A DNA stretch of 37,623 nt from a virus (taxonomy: Duplodnaviria; Caudoviricetes), in the IMG/VR virus record IMGVR_UViG_3300031953_000064, positions 1-37,623 of that record; one strand, 5' to 3'. The notes under the pieces are model-generated. The model searched no databases, was not told the origin of the DNA, and saw only the letters and a program-made list of their open reading frames with translations. Both the position numbers and the translations under genes were made by a program. Position 1 is the first letter of the stretch. Each line of letters begins with the position of its first letter. This document shows positions 27,210-35,483 of this stretch, one piece after another.

Positions 27210-27429
27210 ACTGGCTCTCCCTTGCTGCCTCGAGGCGCTGGCGCTTGGCTTCGGCCACGTTGTAGCTGGTGGCCCAGCCCACTACCGTTCCGTTGAGGGT
27301 GAGCTGCCAGAAGCTGCCGTGGAGCGGCGAGCTGGGAAGCACTCGAGTGCCAGCGCGCTCGATCTTGATCAGGCTGGCAGGGATGGGCATGGGTGCTGGC
27401 GCTGATTGGATAATGGTTGCAAGTTGCAT
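27202..27429 (-). CDS. Hypothetical protein
   Basis: SD GAGG before ATG 27429; overlaps next gene. Confidence 0.6.
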   Translation of the reverse strand: MQLATIIQSAPAPMPIPASLIKIERAGTRVLPSSPLHGSFWQLTLNGTVVGWATSYNVAEAKRQRLEAARESQYA

Positions 27430-27448
27430 GGTCACTTCCTCGCTGTGG

Positions 27449-27832
27449 TTACACATGGAATAGGTTGTTCAGAAAGTCTTCACGTCGACCGCCGCGGGTG
27501 CTGCGGTGACTGCGGGCTGTGCGGTGGGCGCGCTCTGTGTCGCTTGCGCTGTCCAGTACGCTGCCGGTGATGCAGGCAATCGCCAAAAGCATTACCAGGG
27601 GCGCGATGATCGATCGGCGCATGCATTCAGCTATTAGTTGAGGTCGGCGGCTGGCGCCGAGCTTGAACATGGCGCTGTATATGCGCTTGCGCACGCTGTC
27701 GGGCGCCAGGCCAACTGCTTTGGCTATCTGCTTGTCAGTCATGCCTTCTGCAACGCTGAGGGTAAATTCAAGTTCCCGGGCGCTCAGCAGTCCGGTGACG
27801 CCCTGCCAATGCTCACTACTGAAAGTTGTCAT
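27449..27832 (-). CDS. LuxR-type HTH protein with hydrophobic C-terminal segment
   Basis: LSARELE..VAEGMTDKQIA...KLGASRRPQL; SD GGAG. Confidence 0.85.
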   Translation of the reverse strand: MTTFSSEHWQGVTGLLSARELEFTLSVAEGMTDKQIAKAVGLAPDSVRKRIYSAMFKLGASRRPQLIAECMRRSIIAPLVMLLAIACITGSVLDSASDTERAHRTARSHRSTRGGRREDFLNNLFHV

Positions 27833-28012
27833 TGCTGTACTCCAGACAAAGAGTGCCCACAGGCATGCGCTGGCATGCTTCTAGGCACTGGAAGGGTAAG
27901 GGGAGTGTTTTGGATCTACATCGGTAAAGCCGCCAGGCCGTATTGGTTTTGCACAACAAATAGCGGTTCTTCTGACGGCTTTCCGATGCCCTCTCAGTGA
28001 AAGGGCGATGGT

Positions 28013-28333
28013 TTACTTGAGGTATTCAATATCTGGACCGGCGGCGGCTTCGCGTGCAGCCTCTTCGCTTTTCGCGTAATCCACACCGCAGAACGGACAA
28101 TGCTTGGCGCGAAGGAAGGTTTTGTTTGTTACGTTCTTCATGCCGCCACCTTTCTTCGGCGCTTGATACTTCACCGTGACGTCATGACTCGCTCTGTGAA
28201 CCATGCCGCCATCATTAGTGATGCCAAACATGTAGCCTTTCAGGTCAATGTCGATCTCCGTAGATCCCTCGGGAGCCTTAGAGGCAAAGTGATCAGAGAG
28301 CTTTTCCTTCATTTCCGAGTAGCAATTACACAT
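28013..28333 (-). CDS. Hypothetical protein (CxC...CPFC), first gene of the PL operon
   Basis: SD AGGA/GGAG upstream; Cys motifs. Confidence 0.75.
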   Translation of the reverse strand: MCNCYSEMKEKLSDHFASKAPEGSTEIDIDLKGYMFGITNDGGMVHRASHDVTVKYQAPKKGGGMKNVTNKTFLRAKHCPFCGVDYAKSEEAAREAAAGPDIEYLK

Positions 28334-28640
28334 TTCCTTTCTCCTGTTTCGTTTCCCGATACACCCGGTTGCCCAGGTGCATTAGGAAATCTGTTTCTCA
28401 CTGCCGGTGTTACATGCCACCTCCGGCTGGGCTGGTGCATGGGAATCCCCATGCACCTATCTCGTTGCACCGTCTGCCGAGTCGTCTCAAACCCTTACGG
28501 GTGGCCGGGTGCAATCTCGCAACGTCTCCCGACGCTGGTCAGTAACAGAGCTGACGTGGTCCAGTTCCAGAGCTGGCATGGTCGACTGTTTAGCTTTTCG
28601 CCACCGGGTAGGCCGGTAAGTCGTTGGGTTCGTCGTGTTC

Positions 28641-28650
28641 TTAAAGAGCG
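28641..28650 (-). promoter_or_regulatory. boxA (nutL-like)
   Basis: CGCTCTTTAA on minus strand ~20 nt downstream of PL start. Confidence 0.7.
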
Positions 28651-28677
28651 TATGCCGTGTGTTGCTGGCATGGATTA

Positions 28678-28719
28678 AAAGTAGCACTGCTGCTATTAGC
28701 GGTCAACAGCAATGCTACT
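28678..28719 (-). promoter_or_regulatory. PL promoter with operators OL1/OL2
   Basis: TTGACC-N17-TACTTT; AGTAGCACTGCTGCT (28680-28694) and AACAGCAATGCTACT (28705-28719). Confidence 0.85.
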
Positions 28720-28748
28720 AATTATGATATTATTTTTCTTGAAGGCAC

Positions 28749-28804
28749 AAAAAAACCGCCGAAGCGGTTGGGGAGGGGCGTAAAAAAGCCCGCGATGGGC
28801 GGGC
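28749..28804 (-). terminator. Tandem terminators of the cI operon
   Basis: Hairpins AACCGC/GCGGTT and GCCCGC/GCGGGC, each with a minus-strand T-run. Confidence 0.75.
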
Positions 28805-28830
28805 CTAGAGTACGCAGTATTAGGGCATGT

Positions 28831-29334
28831 TTACTTGGCTGAAACCTCAGGAGAAGCTATGGACGCTGGCGGCTTAACTTCAGGGATTGCGACCCGCTGA
28901 ACAGAAACGTCTGCGCGGCCCGCTTGAAACGACGCTAGCATATTACTGGTAAGCATTGCGTTGAAGCCTGCTATCCCGATCACGATAGCCAGCACAGTGG
29001 TAATCGCAGTCACTATCATCGTTGTTTTCATAGAGCCGAACAGAGTCTTTATTTCTGAGACGTCAGATTCAATGCGTGAAAAACGGGTGTCTGATGCCTT
29101 GTCGCGCTCTTGCTGGGCGGCAAGAAAGGTATCAATCTTGCCTTCAATGGACGCAACACGCCCGTCCATCCTGGCCTCAATGGTTTCAAGTTTGGCTTCG
29201 AGAAGATCTTTCTGAACGTATTCCATGCTGCCAGTATCGTCCTTCCTTCTATTTTTGTCACCACCACTACCAATATAGGTTGTTTCTTTCGATGGCAAGT
29301 GCGCTTGTCGAAATAGCGGGTCACCGTTACTCAT
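28831..29334 (-). CDS. Coiled-coil plus single TM membrane protein
   Basis: EAKLETIEARMDGRVASIEGKID coil; MIVTAITTVLAIVIGIAGF TM; start overlaps upstream stop (alternative start 29226). Confidence 0.7.
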   Translation of the reverse strand: MSNGDPLFRQAHLPSKETTYIGSGGDKNRRKDDTGSMEYVQKDLLEAKLETIEARMDGRVASIEGKIDTFLAAQQERDKASDTRFSRIESDVSEIKTLFGSMKTTMIVTAITTVLAIVIGIAGFNAMLTSNMLASFQAGRADVSVQRVAIPEVKPPASIASPEVSAK

Positions 29335-29647
29335 CAGTAGTCCCCGCATCTGGATCTTCAATCTGATCGCCGCTTCGCTCGCTTCTATTCTGCAGCCACT
29401 CCAGGACAACCGGGGCAGCGTGGCTTCTTATAGCCCCGCAATTCGCGCAGTAAGATGAAAACACGGACAAGCCGCGCCCCTCAGATCCGTTGAAGTCAAT
29501 TTTTACCATCTCGCTCGGCTCGCCAGACATAACTACCCAGCTTTTTTTACCGCAGGCGCTACATGGCTGTTTAGCCTTAACTTCTTGCAAAAAGTCTACG
29601 AATTCCTGAAACGTAACCGCCTTGAGTTCGTCATTTATTTCAGCCAT
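29327..29647 (-). CDS. Zinc-ribbon protein
   Basis: PCSACG ... YCANCG. Confidence 0.7.
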   Translation of the reverse strand: MAEINDELKAVTFQEFVDFLQEVKAKQPCSACGKKSWVVMSGEPSEMVKIDFNGSEGRGLSVFSSYCANCGAIRSHAAPVVLEWLQNRSERSGDQIEDPDAGTTDE

Positions 29648-29695
29648 TAGAGTTTTACCAATTTAATTTGTATTAAGTCTGGGTCTAGTGACCGC

Positions 29696-29827
29696 TTATT
29701 GCGGCCTCCCTTCATTCCAGGCCAGCGCGAGGCCAATTACCACCACAATAACTAACCTCTGAACCGCCCTACGCTTGGCCCAGCGCTCACCACGAAACAG
29801 GGCCTCTACGAAGTGGATAAGGAGCAT
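29696..29827 (-). CDS. 43-aa putative membrane peptide coupled to cI
   Basis: TAATG overlap with cI stop; MLLIHFVEALFRGERWAKRRAVQRLVIVVVIGLALAWNEGRPQ. Confidence 0.45.
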   Translation of the reverse strand: MLLIHFVEALFRGERWAKRRAVQRLVIVVVIGLALAWNEGRPQ

Positions 29828-30588
29828 TAAAACGGCTCGTACTTGCCGATTACCACGCCGCAGAAGGTGGCATTACCGTTAACCTTTATGATTGGCTCGG
29901 GCCATGCAGGATTCAGGGGCTTTAGGAATCTCTGGTCACCCTCGATCACCAGCTGTTTGAAAGTCGCCTCCTGGCTGTCGTCAATTTTGACGATGACCAT
30001 CGATCCGTTTTCTGCCTGCTTGTCTGGGTCGCAGAATATTAAATCGCCGTCGCGAAATGAACGGCGGGCATGGGCGTTGAACATAGACTCTCCGCGGACC
30101 CTGAGAACATAGGTTCTAGGTCCGTGGGAGGTGGGGCAGGGCATCCATTCTTCTGCATCGCCTACCGCGTAGACGTCCTCTACTTCACACCAGGCTCCTG
30201 CCTGTATCCATGATATCAACGGAACAAATCCTTTTAGTTCAGGGCCGTCTTCCACGTTGGCCTTTCCGGTGTTCTGACTTTCATCGTATGGCGCAGCACG
30301 CTCTTCTATTTGAATTGGTAAGTTCTTGGTGAGTCTTGGGCTCAGAGTGGCAGGGTCAAAATTCAACGCCTTGGAGATGGCTAGAAGGGCTTCGAGATTA
30401 AGCGGCAGACGGCCAGTGACGTAGTGGCCAAAGGCGCTCTGATTTCCCCAGCCACAACGCTCAGCAACAATGGCTTGCGTCAAATTGCCTCCAGCCGCCT
30501 TCGCCGCAGCTTTGCGGTCTTCATAAACCACCTTAAGGCGCGCAGCTTCCTGCACCTCTTCGGCTGTCAATTTACGCCTATTGTTCAT
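29827..30588 (-). CDS. cI: CI repressor (HTH + S24 peptidase)
   Basis: LTQAIVAERCGWGNQSAFGHY HTH; IQAG cleavage site; VRGESM; TFKQL. Confidence 0.95.
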   Translation of the reverse strand: MNNRRKLTAEEVQEAARLKVVYEDRKAAAKAAGGNLTQAIVAERCGWGNQSAFGHYVTGRLPLNLEALLAISKALNFDPATLSPRLTKNLPIQIEERAAPYDESQNTGKANVEDGPELKGFVPLISWIQAGAWCEVEDVYAVGDAEEWMPCPTSHGPRTYVLRVRGESMFNAHARRSFRDGDLIFCDPDKQAENGSMVIVKIDDSQEATFKQLVIEGDQRFLKPLNPAWPEPIIKVNGNATFCGVVIGKYEPF

Positions 30589-30595
30589 GCTGTTG

Positions 30596-30674
30596 ACTAT
30601 ATAAGCAGAGCTACTACACCGCAAAGCAGCATTGCTATTCTTTACTTGTCCTGCAAAAGTAGCACTGCTACTAT
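30596..30674. promoter_or_regulatory. OR region: PRM, PR and three operators
   Basis: PRM TTGCGG-N17-TATAGT (minus); PR TTGTCC-N17-TACTAT; operators at 30601-30615, 30625-30639, 30658-30672 (AGTAGCACTGCTACT). Confidence 0.85.
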
Positions 30675-30703
30675 CATGATTGACATTGATACAGGGCTTA
30701 TTC

Positions 30704-30907
30704 ATGAAAAAAATGCCTCTCTCCGAATACTTGGCCGACCACGGCACCCAGCAAGGGCTGGCAGGTGCGCTTGGGGTTCAGCAAAGCGCTGTATCCCAGA
30801 TGGTGCGGTCCGGACGGAACATTGAAATCACGATTCATCCGGATGGTTGCATTACCGCGAACGAGATCAGACCGATCCCGGCGCGTCCTAAGCGGAACGC
30901 CGCTTGA
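30704..30907 (+). CDS. cro: Cro repressor
   Basis: TQQGLAGALGVQQSAVSQM HTH; divergent from cI. Confidence 0.9.
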   Translation: MKKMPLSEYLADHGTQQGLAGALGVQQSAVSQMVRSGRNIEITIHPDGCITANEIRPIPARPKRNAA

Positions 30908-30997
30908 TGGTTGTAAGTGTGACGGTTCGCCGTGACATCGGTAAGAGCACTAGCAGTGCTGTTCGGGCATACAGCAGTTCAGCAAAAAGCAGGCAAT

Positions 30998-31025
30998 AAA
31001 AAGCCCGGCGGGAAAGGCCGGGCTT
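30998..31025. terminator. Hairpin/terminator after cro (T-run on minus strand)
   Basis: AAAAAGCCCGGC-loop-GCCGGGCTT. Confidence 0.6.
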
Positions 31026-31053
31026 GGGTACCACAAGAGAGAGGTCAGATTAT

Positions 31054-31752
31054 ATGAACAGGATGATCGAATCAACTATGGCGTCACGCGACATAGTCAC
31101 GATGAGCAGCCGAGAAATTGCGGATCTTGTCGATTCTCGGCATGACAAGGTCAAGCAGTCTATCGAACGGCTTGCAGACCGCGGGGTTATTGAACTCCCC
31201 CCATTGGGGGAAGTTAAGAACCACCTGGGTCAGACGGTGGCCGAGTATCAAATCAGCAAGCGTGACAGTTATGTGATCGTTGCGCAGCTCTCCCCGGAGT
31301 TTACTGCCCGCCTGGTTGATCGCTGGCAGGAGCTGGAACAGCAAGCCCCAACCATTCCCCGCACCTTACCAGAAGCCTTGCGCCTGGCTGCCGATCTGGC
31401 AGAGCAGAACAACGGCCTGCGCTTGGTAGTACAGCAGCAGGCGCCCCAGGTGGCCGCGCTCGGTCGCATTGCTCAATCCCAAGGGACTATGTGCCTGACT
31501 GATGCCGCTAAGCACCTGGGCGTACAGCGCAAGGCCATGCTGGCGTGGATGGTAGAGCACCGCTGGATTTACCGCCGGGCAGGGTGTGCCCACTGGTTGG
31601 GATTTGCGCCGCGGTTGAGTGCCGGCGTGCTAGAGCACAAGGTCACTGTGCTGGGTACCGAGGATGATGGCGAGCAGCGCCTTGCGTCACAGGTGCGCGT
31701 CACGCCAAAGGGTTTGACTGTGTTGGCTCAGCAGATCGGGGGAGTGCTCTGA
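31054..31752 (+). CDS. Rha-family regulator with KilAC/ANT antirepressor domain
   Basis: TMSSREIA, LVDRWQELE, PRTLPEALRLAADL, VRVTPKGL. Confidence 0.85.
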   Translation: MNRMIESTMASRDIVTMSSREIADLVDSRHDKVKQSIERLADRGVIELPPLGEVKNHLGQTVAEYQISKRDSYVIVAQLSPEFTARLVDRWQELEQQAPTIPRTLPEALRLAADLAEQNNGLRLVVQQQAPQVAALGRIAQSQGTMCLTDAAKHLGVQRKAMLAWMVEHRWIYRRAGCAHWLGFAPRLSAGVLEHKVTVLGTEDDGEQRLASQVRVTPKGLTVLAQQIGGVL

Positions 31753-32507
31753 TGGCTGGCGAATGGATCAAGATGCGCACCAACCTGTGGGACGATCCCC
31801 GCGTTTCTAGCCTCTGCGACCTGACCGATCAACCGGAGGCCATGGTGGTTGGCGGTTTGTATTGGTTGTGGGCGATGGCTGACGAGCACTCCGAGGACGG
31901 CTTTTTGCCGGGCATGACTCTTCGTGCTATCGACCGCAAGACGGGTGTTGCTGGTCTGGGTGACGCGCTGGTGCAGATCGGCTGGGTGTCCGCATCCGAG
32001 GACGGCGTAAGGGTCATCAACTTTGACGAACACAACGGCGCTTCCGCCAAACGGCGCTGCATGGAGGCAAAGCGTAAGGCTTCCGGGCGCAAAGAGTCCG
32101 CATCCGATGCGGACACAAACGGGACACCTAGCGTAGCTAGAGAAGAGAAGAGTAAAGAACCAAACCCAAACCCCCCTGTATCCCCCCGGGGGGTGGATAC
32201 CGCTACTGGATCGAAATCTGAATCGAGGCCGAAGCGCAAGACCCGTATCCCTGATCCGTTCCTTGTCAGCCAGCTGATGACGCAGTGGGCTGCAGAGCGC
32301 GCCCCCGCAGTGGTGCTGAGTTCGGAAACCGAGAAGTTCGTGAACTACTGGCGCGGCTCAGGTGGGACCAAGGCCGATTGGGTGGCGACGTGGCGAACAT
32401 GGATGCTCAAGGCCCAGGAGGACGCGGTCAGGTTCCAGCGGCGCAGCCCAACGCAAGGGCTGAACATGGACGACACCAGCTGGGCTGATGATTTGGGAGA
32501 AGTGTGA
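31752..32507 (+). CDS. Replication initiator (O-analog)
   Basis: MAGEWIKMR..L..DPRV N-terminus; KFVNYW...KADWVATWRTW C-domain; precedes P. Confidence 0.75.
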   Translation: MAGEWIKMRTNLWDDPRVSSLCDLTDQPEAMVVGGLYWLWAMADEHSEDGFLPGMTLRAIDRKTGVAGLGDALVQIGWVSASEDGVRVINFDEHNGASAKRRCMEAKRKASGRKESASDADTNGTPSVAREEKSKEPNPNPPVSPRGVDTATGSKSESRPKRKTRIPDPFLVSQLMTQWAAERAPAVVLSSETEKFVNYWRGSGGTKADWVATWRTWMLKAQEDAVRFQRRSPTQGLNMDDTSWADDLGEV

Positions 32508-33184
32508 TGAGACAGGTATCCGTAACTGCACAACGTGCGCTGGCTGCTGGTATGGGAGGCGCTCCAGCCGTACCCCGTGAGGTTGATCAGGACACTGCCC
32601 TGGTGGTGAACAAGCTGTTCCGTGAGCTGCAGGCGATATTCCCGGCGTGGAAGCAGGCTTGGCCAGATGGTGAGGCCCTGAGCACCGCCAAGCGCAATTG
32701 GATCAAGGCGTTCATGGCGGCCGGCATTACTCGGATTGAGCAGATCCGCTTTGGCCTGGCCGCGGCACGCACGTCCGGCAGTGACTTCATGCCTAGCGCG
32801 GGCAAGTTTGTGAAGTGGTGCGAACCGACACCCGAGATGCTTGGCTTGCCGTCGACTGAAAGGGCGTTTCGGGATGCTTTGCGCATGGCGCACCCGGCCA
32901 TGGGTTCACGCATCGATGATCCGACCGCATGGTCCCACCTGGCCGTGCGTCACGCGGCGATTGAGGCTGGACTGTACAGCCTTGGGCGCCTGCAGATGGA
33001 TCCGGCACGCGCTCTCTTTGAAAGGGCCTACGGGATCACATGCAAGATGGTGTTGGCTGGTGAGCCGCTACGGGAGATTCCCAAGGCTTTGCCCGCTACC
33101 CCATCTGCGCCGGCCGACCCCCAAAAAGCCCGCTCCGCAATTGCAGCGATGCGCGCAGCGCTTGCCGGGGAGGCCGTCCAGTGA
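32504..33184 (+). CDS. P: Replication protein P-like helicase loader
   Basis: LFRELQAIFPAW, GIT..EQI..GL, PSAGKFVKWC, WSHLAV. Confidence 0.85.
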   Translation: MMRQVSVTAQRALAAGMGGAPAVPREVDQDTALVVNKLFRELQAIFPAWKQAWPDGEALSTAKRNWIKAFMAAGITRIEQIRFGLAAARTSGSDFMPSAGKFVKWCEPTPEMLGLPSTERAFRDALRMAHPAMGSRIDDPTAWSHLAVRHAAIEAGLYSLGRLQMDPARALFERAYGITCKMVLAGEPLREIPKALPATPSAPADPQKARSAIAAMRAALAGEAVQ

Positions 33185-33393
33185 ACAACGAACGCCGCAT
33201 GCAACTTGATCTGCGTACTTCTGTAAACCGCCTGACCGGCATGGGTTACGAGGTCGTAAACCGCAACCCGCTGAAGCTGACGCGCAAAGGCTGCCCGGTT
33301 GGGTGGATCCAGTACAAGAGCTGGCTGGTTGAGACGCGAGAGTCCACGGCCACTGATCCCCAGGGTGTTGATGCTGGCGGGTGTGATGCATGA
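33181..33393 (+). CDS. Hypothetical protein
   Basis: GTGA overlap with P; SD GGAGG. Confidence 0.6.
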   Translation: MNNERRMQLDLRTSVNRLTGMGYEVVNRNPLKLTRKGCPVGWIQYKSWLVETRESTATDPQGVDAGGCDA

Positions 33394-33659
33394 CCCCCGA
33401 AGAACACTCTGCGGTGCGTGCTGGATTGAATCTGGCGACCCTACCTGTCGATGTGCGGGAAGAGATAGCGGCGCACAGAGCCAATTGCCTGCAGTTGGAT
33501 GGTCTGGTGAAGCAGCATGCCAGCGCGATCTTTTCGCTGAGCAGGTTCAAGGCCGAGGCGGCATTGCGGGTGCTTGGCTATCTGGAGCCGCTGGTACGGG
33601 CCCAGCTGAACATGATGAAGTCCAGGGGGAAGCGTGAGCGCAATGAAAACGGTCAGTGA
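33390..33659 (+). CDS. Hypothetical protein
   Basis: ATGA overlap. Confidence 0.6.
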   Translation: MTPEEHSAVRAGLNLATLPVDVREEIAAHRANCLQLDGLVKQHASAIFSLSRFKAEAALRVLGYLEPLVRAQLNMMKSRGKRERNENGQ

Positions 33660-34662
33660 GGTGGTGTTGTGGTGGCTGAGCCGCATCGAGGGCGACCGCA
33701 CACGCTCCGAGAAGTACCGGGCGAGCATGGGCAGTCTGATGCGCAAGCATGTGATCCCCAAGGTGGGCAAGGTGAAGCTGGGCAAGCTGGACCGCGTGGT
33801 GCTGGATGACCTGATGGTATTCCCGATGCATCAAAGCCTAAAACCGCGGACAGTGCAGAAGGCGCTGCAAGGTATGCGGCAGGCTTTCCGGATGGCGTCA
33901 GATCAAGGGCGCATCGATACCAACCCGCTGAACGGCACCACTTTCCGCGACTTCTATAAGGGCAAGCTGCGACCCAAGCCCGCGGCATTGTCGCGCGTCG
34001 ACCTGGGTGAGCTTGTTCGGCATCTGGTGTCCACGTTCAATGCAGACCCCGCCAAGGGCATGCTGCCGCTGATGATGCTGGCGCACGGTACCCGCATTGC
34101 TGAGACGATCATGGCCCGCTGGTCGCATATCTCCCTTGATGAGCGGGTGTGGGTGATACCGGAGGCAAACACCAAGAGCCGTCGTGAGCATGTGCTGCCA
34201 CTCACGCCTCAAGTGCTGGGCCTGCTCGATCGATACCGTAAGGCATTGCCAGATCCGCGATTGAAGGCGGCATGGGTATTCCCTGTACGCGGAGGGGCAC
34301 GGCTGGCTGATACCAGCGCTCATGCCCTTATGCGTGATGTAAGCAACAGGCAATGGACCAGCCATGACCTACGCAAGTTGATGAGATCGAGCCTGGCGGA
34401 TATCGGTATTGACCACATGGTGGGCGAACTACTGATCAACCATACCTTGGGCGTGACCACCGAGACTTACATCACCCGGGACGTTATGGAGCGCCGCAGG
34501 GCAGCTCTGGAGCGCTGGCATGATCGGCTTGATGAGTTGGGTTTTGCTGATGCACATGGAATAAAAGTGGCTGTTCCTGCATTTCTGCCGAACGGCGCAA
34601 GCGTAGAGCATGCGGGCACTGTAGCTGATTCCTGCGTTTCTCAATGGGGAGGGTGTAGATAG
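33643..34662 (+). CDS. Second tyrosine recombinase (nin-region position)
   Basis: HGTRIAE, NTKSRREH, SHDLRK, LINH, TYI motifs. Confidence 0.85.
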   Translation: MKTVSEVVLWWLSRIEGDRTRSEKYRASMGSLMRKHVIPKVGKVKLGKLDRVVLDDLMVFPMHQSLKPRTVQKALQGMRQAFRMASDQGRIDTNPLNGTTFRDFYKGKLRPKPAALSRVDLGELVRHLVSTFNADPAKGMLPLMMLAHGTRIAETIMARWSHISLDERVWVIPEANTKSRREHVLPLTPQVLGLLDRYRKALPDPRLKAAWVFPVRGGARLADTSAHALMRDVSNRQWTSHDLRKLMRSSLADIGIDHMVGELLINHTLGVTTETYITRDVMERRRAALERWHDRLDELGFADAHGIKVAVPAFLPNGASVEHAGTVADSCVSQWGGCR

Positions 34663-34664
34663 CC

Positions 34665-35018
34665 ATGAAAAGGGTAAATCCACTGAAAAGCATGCAAGCG
34701 CTGGGTAGGCTCAAGGCCGGCAAGATGAACCAGACCGAGGCAGCTTATTCGCGCAAGCTGGAGCTGATGAAGGCCGCGGGTGATATTGCCTGGTACAGCT
34801 TCGAGGGCCTGAAGTTCAGGCTGGCTGATAACACCTTCTATACGCCTGACTTCCCGGTGATGTGTGCTGACGGCGTGATGGAGATACATGAGGTCAAAGG
34901 CTTCTGGACTGATGACGCCCGGGTGAAGATCAAGCTGGCGGCTGAGTTGTTCCCGTTTCGGTTCGTGGCGGTGAAGAAGGGCAAGGGAGGCCAGTGGGCT
35001 TATGAATACTTCGATTGA
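34665..35018 (+). CDS. PD-(D/E)xK nuclease (DUF1064-like)
   Basis: MNQTEAAY, YTPDF, IHEVKG. Confidence 0.8.
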   Translation: MKRVNPLKSMQALGRLKAGKMNQTEAAYSRKLELMKAAGDIAWYSFEGLKFRLADNTFYTPDFPVMCADGVMEIHEVKGFWTDDARVKIKLAAELFPFRFVAVKKGKGGQWAYEYFD

Positions 35019-35199
35019 TTGGGAGCGCGTGGAGCCTGGCCTTGATGTGTGGGAAACCGAAGACGGGTACCGCAGAGAGGTGTATGCGTGCGGCGATCAG
35101 CAGCAGTTCGTATGCAAGGCCCCGGACGGCTCCACCTTCTTTAGCCACAACCCAGCAGACATTGACCGCTGCGTGCGCATCCACCGAGAGGGCGACTGA
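35002..35199 (+). CDS. Hypothetical protein
   Basis: SD GGAGG; fills the gap between neighbours. Confidence 0.6.
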   Translation: MNTSIDWERVEPGLDVWETEDGYRREVYACGDQQQFVCKAPDGSTFFSHNPADIDRCVRIHREGD

Positions 35200-35481
35200 A
35201 TGACCCACCATAAAAAGGCCCTACCGCCGCTGGATCCGTGCCAAGGCTGTGACAACTCCGGAGTGGTGCCAGGCGTATTCCATGAGCTCGACTGCGCTGC
35301 CTGCGATGGCGTTGGCTGGTTACCGGTGGCCGGCGTGGATATCACCCAGCACCTGGGCCGATCGATGGCAAAGACGATCAAGATGAACAGGATTTTGCGG
35401 GAGGCTTTGCCGGAGAAGGTTGTGGAGTATCACACGGAGTCTGGTCGGGCCGGGCTACGCGGGAACTGGACAGGGGATTAG
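35200..35481 (+). CDS. Small protein with DnaJ-type CxxCxxxG zinc motifs
   Basis: CQGCDNSG and CAACDGVG. Confidence 0.7.
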   Translation: MTHHKKALPPLDPCQGCDNSGVVPGVFHELDCAACDGVGWLPVAGVDITQHLGRSMAKTIKMNRILREALPEKVVEYHTESGRAGLRGNWTGD

Positions 35482-35483
35482 CT

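Noticed and set aside
28100-28687. ORFs 28100-28678(+) and 28487-28687(-)
   Set aside because: No SD, no motifs, overlap PL or a real gene; the region is better read as a non-coding leader
30589-30747. N-terminal extension of cI in the 306-aa ORF
   Set aside because: Runs through the operators and into cro; true start is most likely 30588
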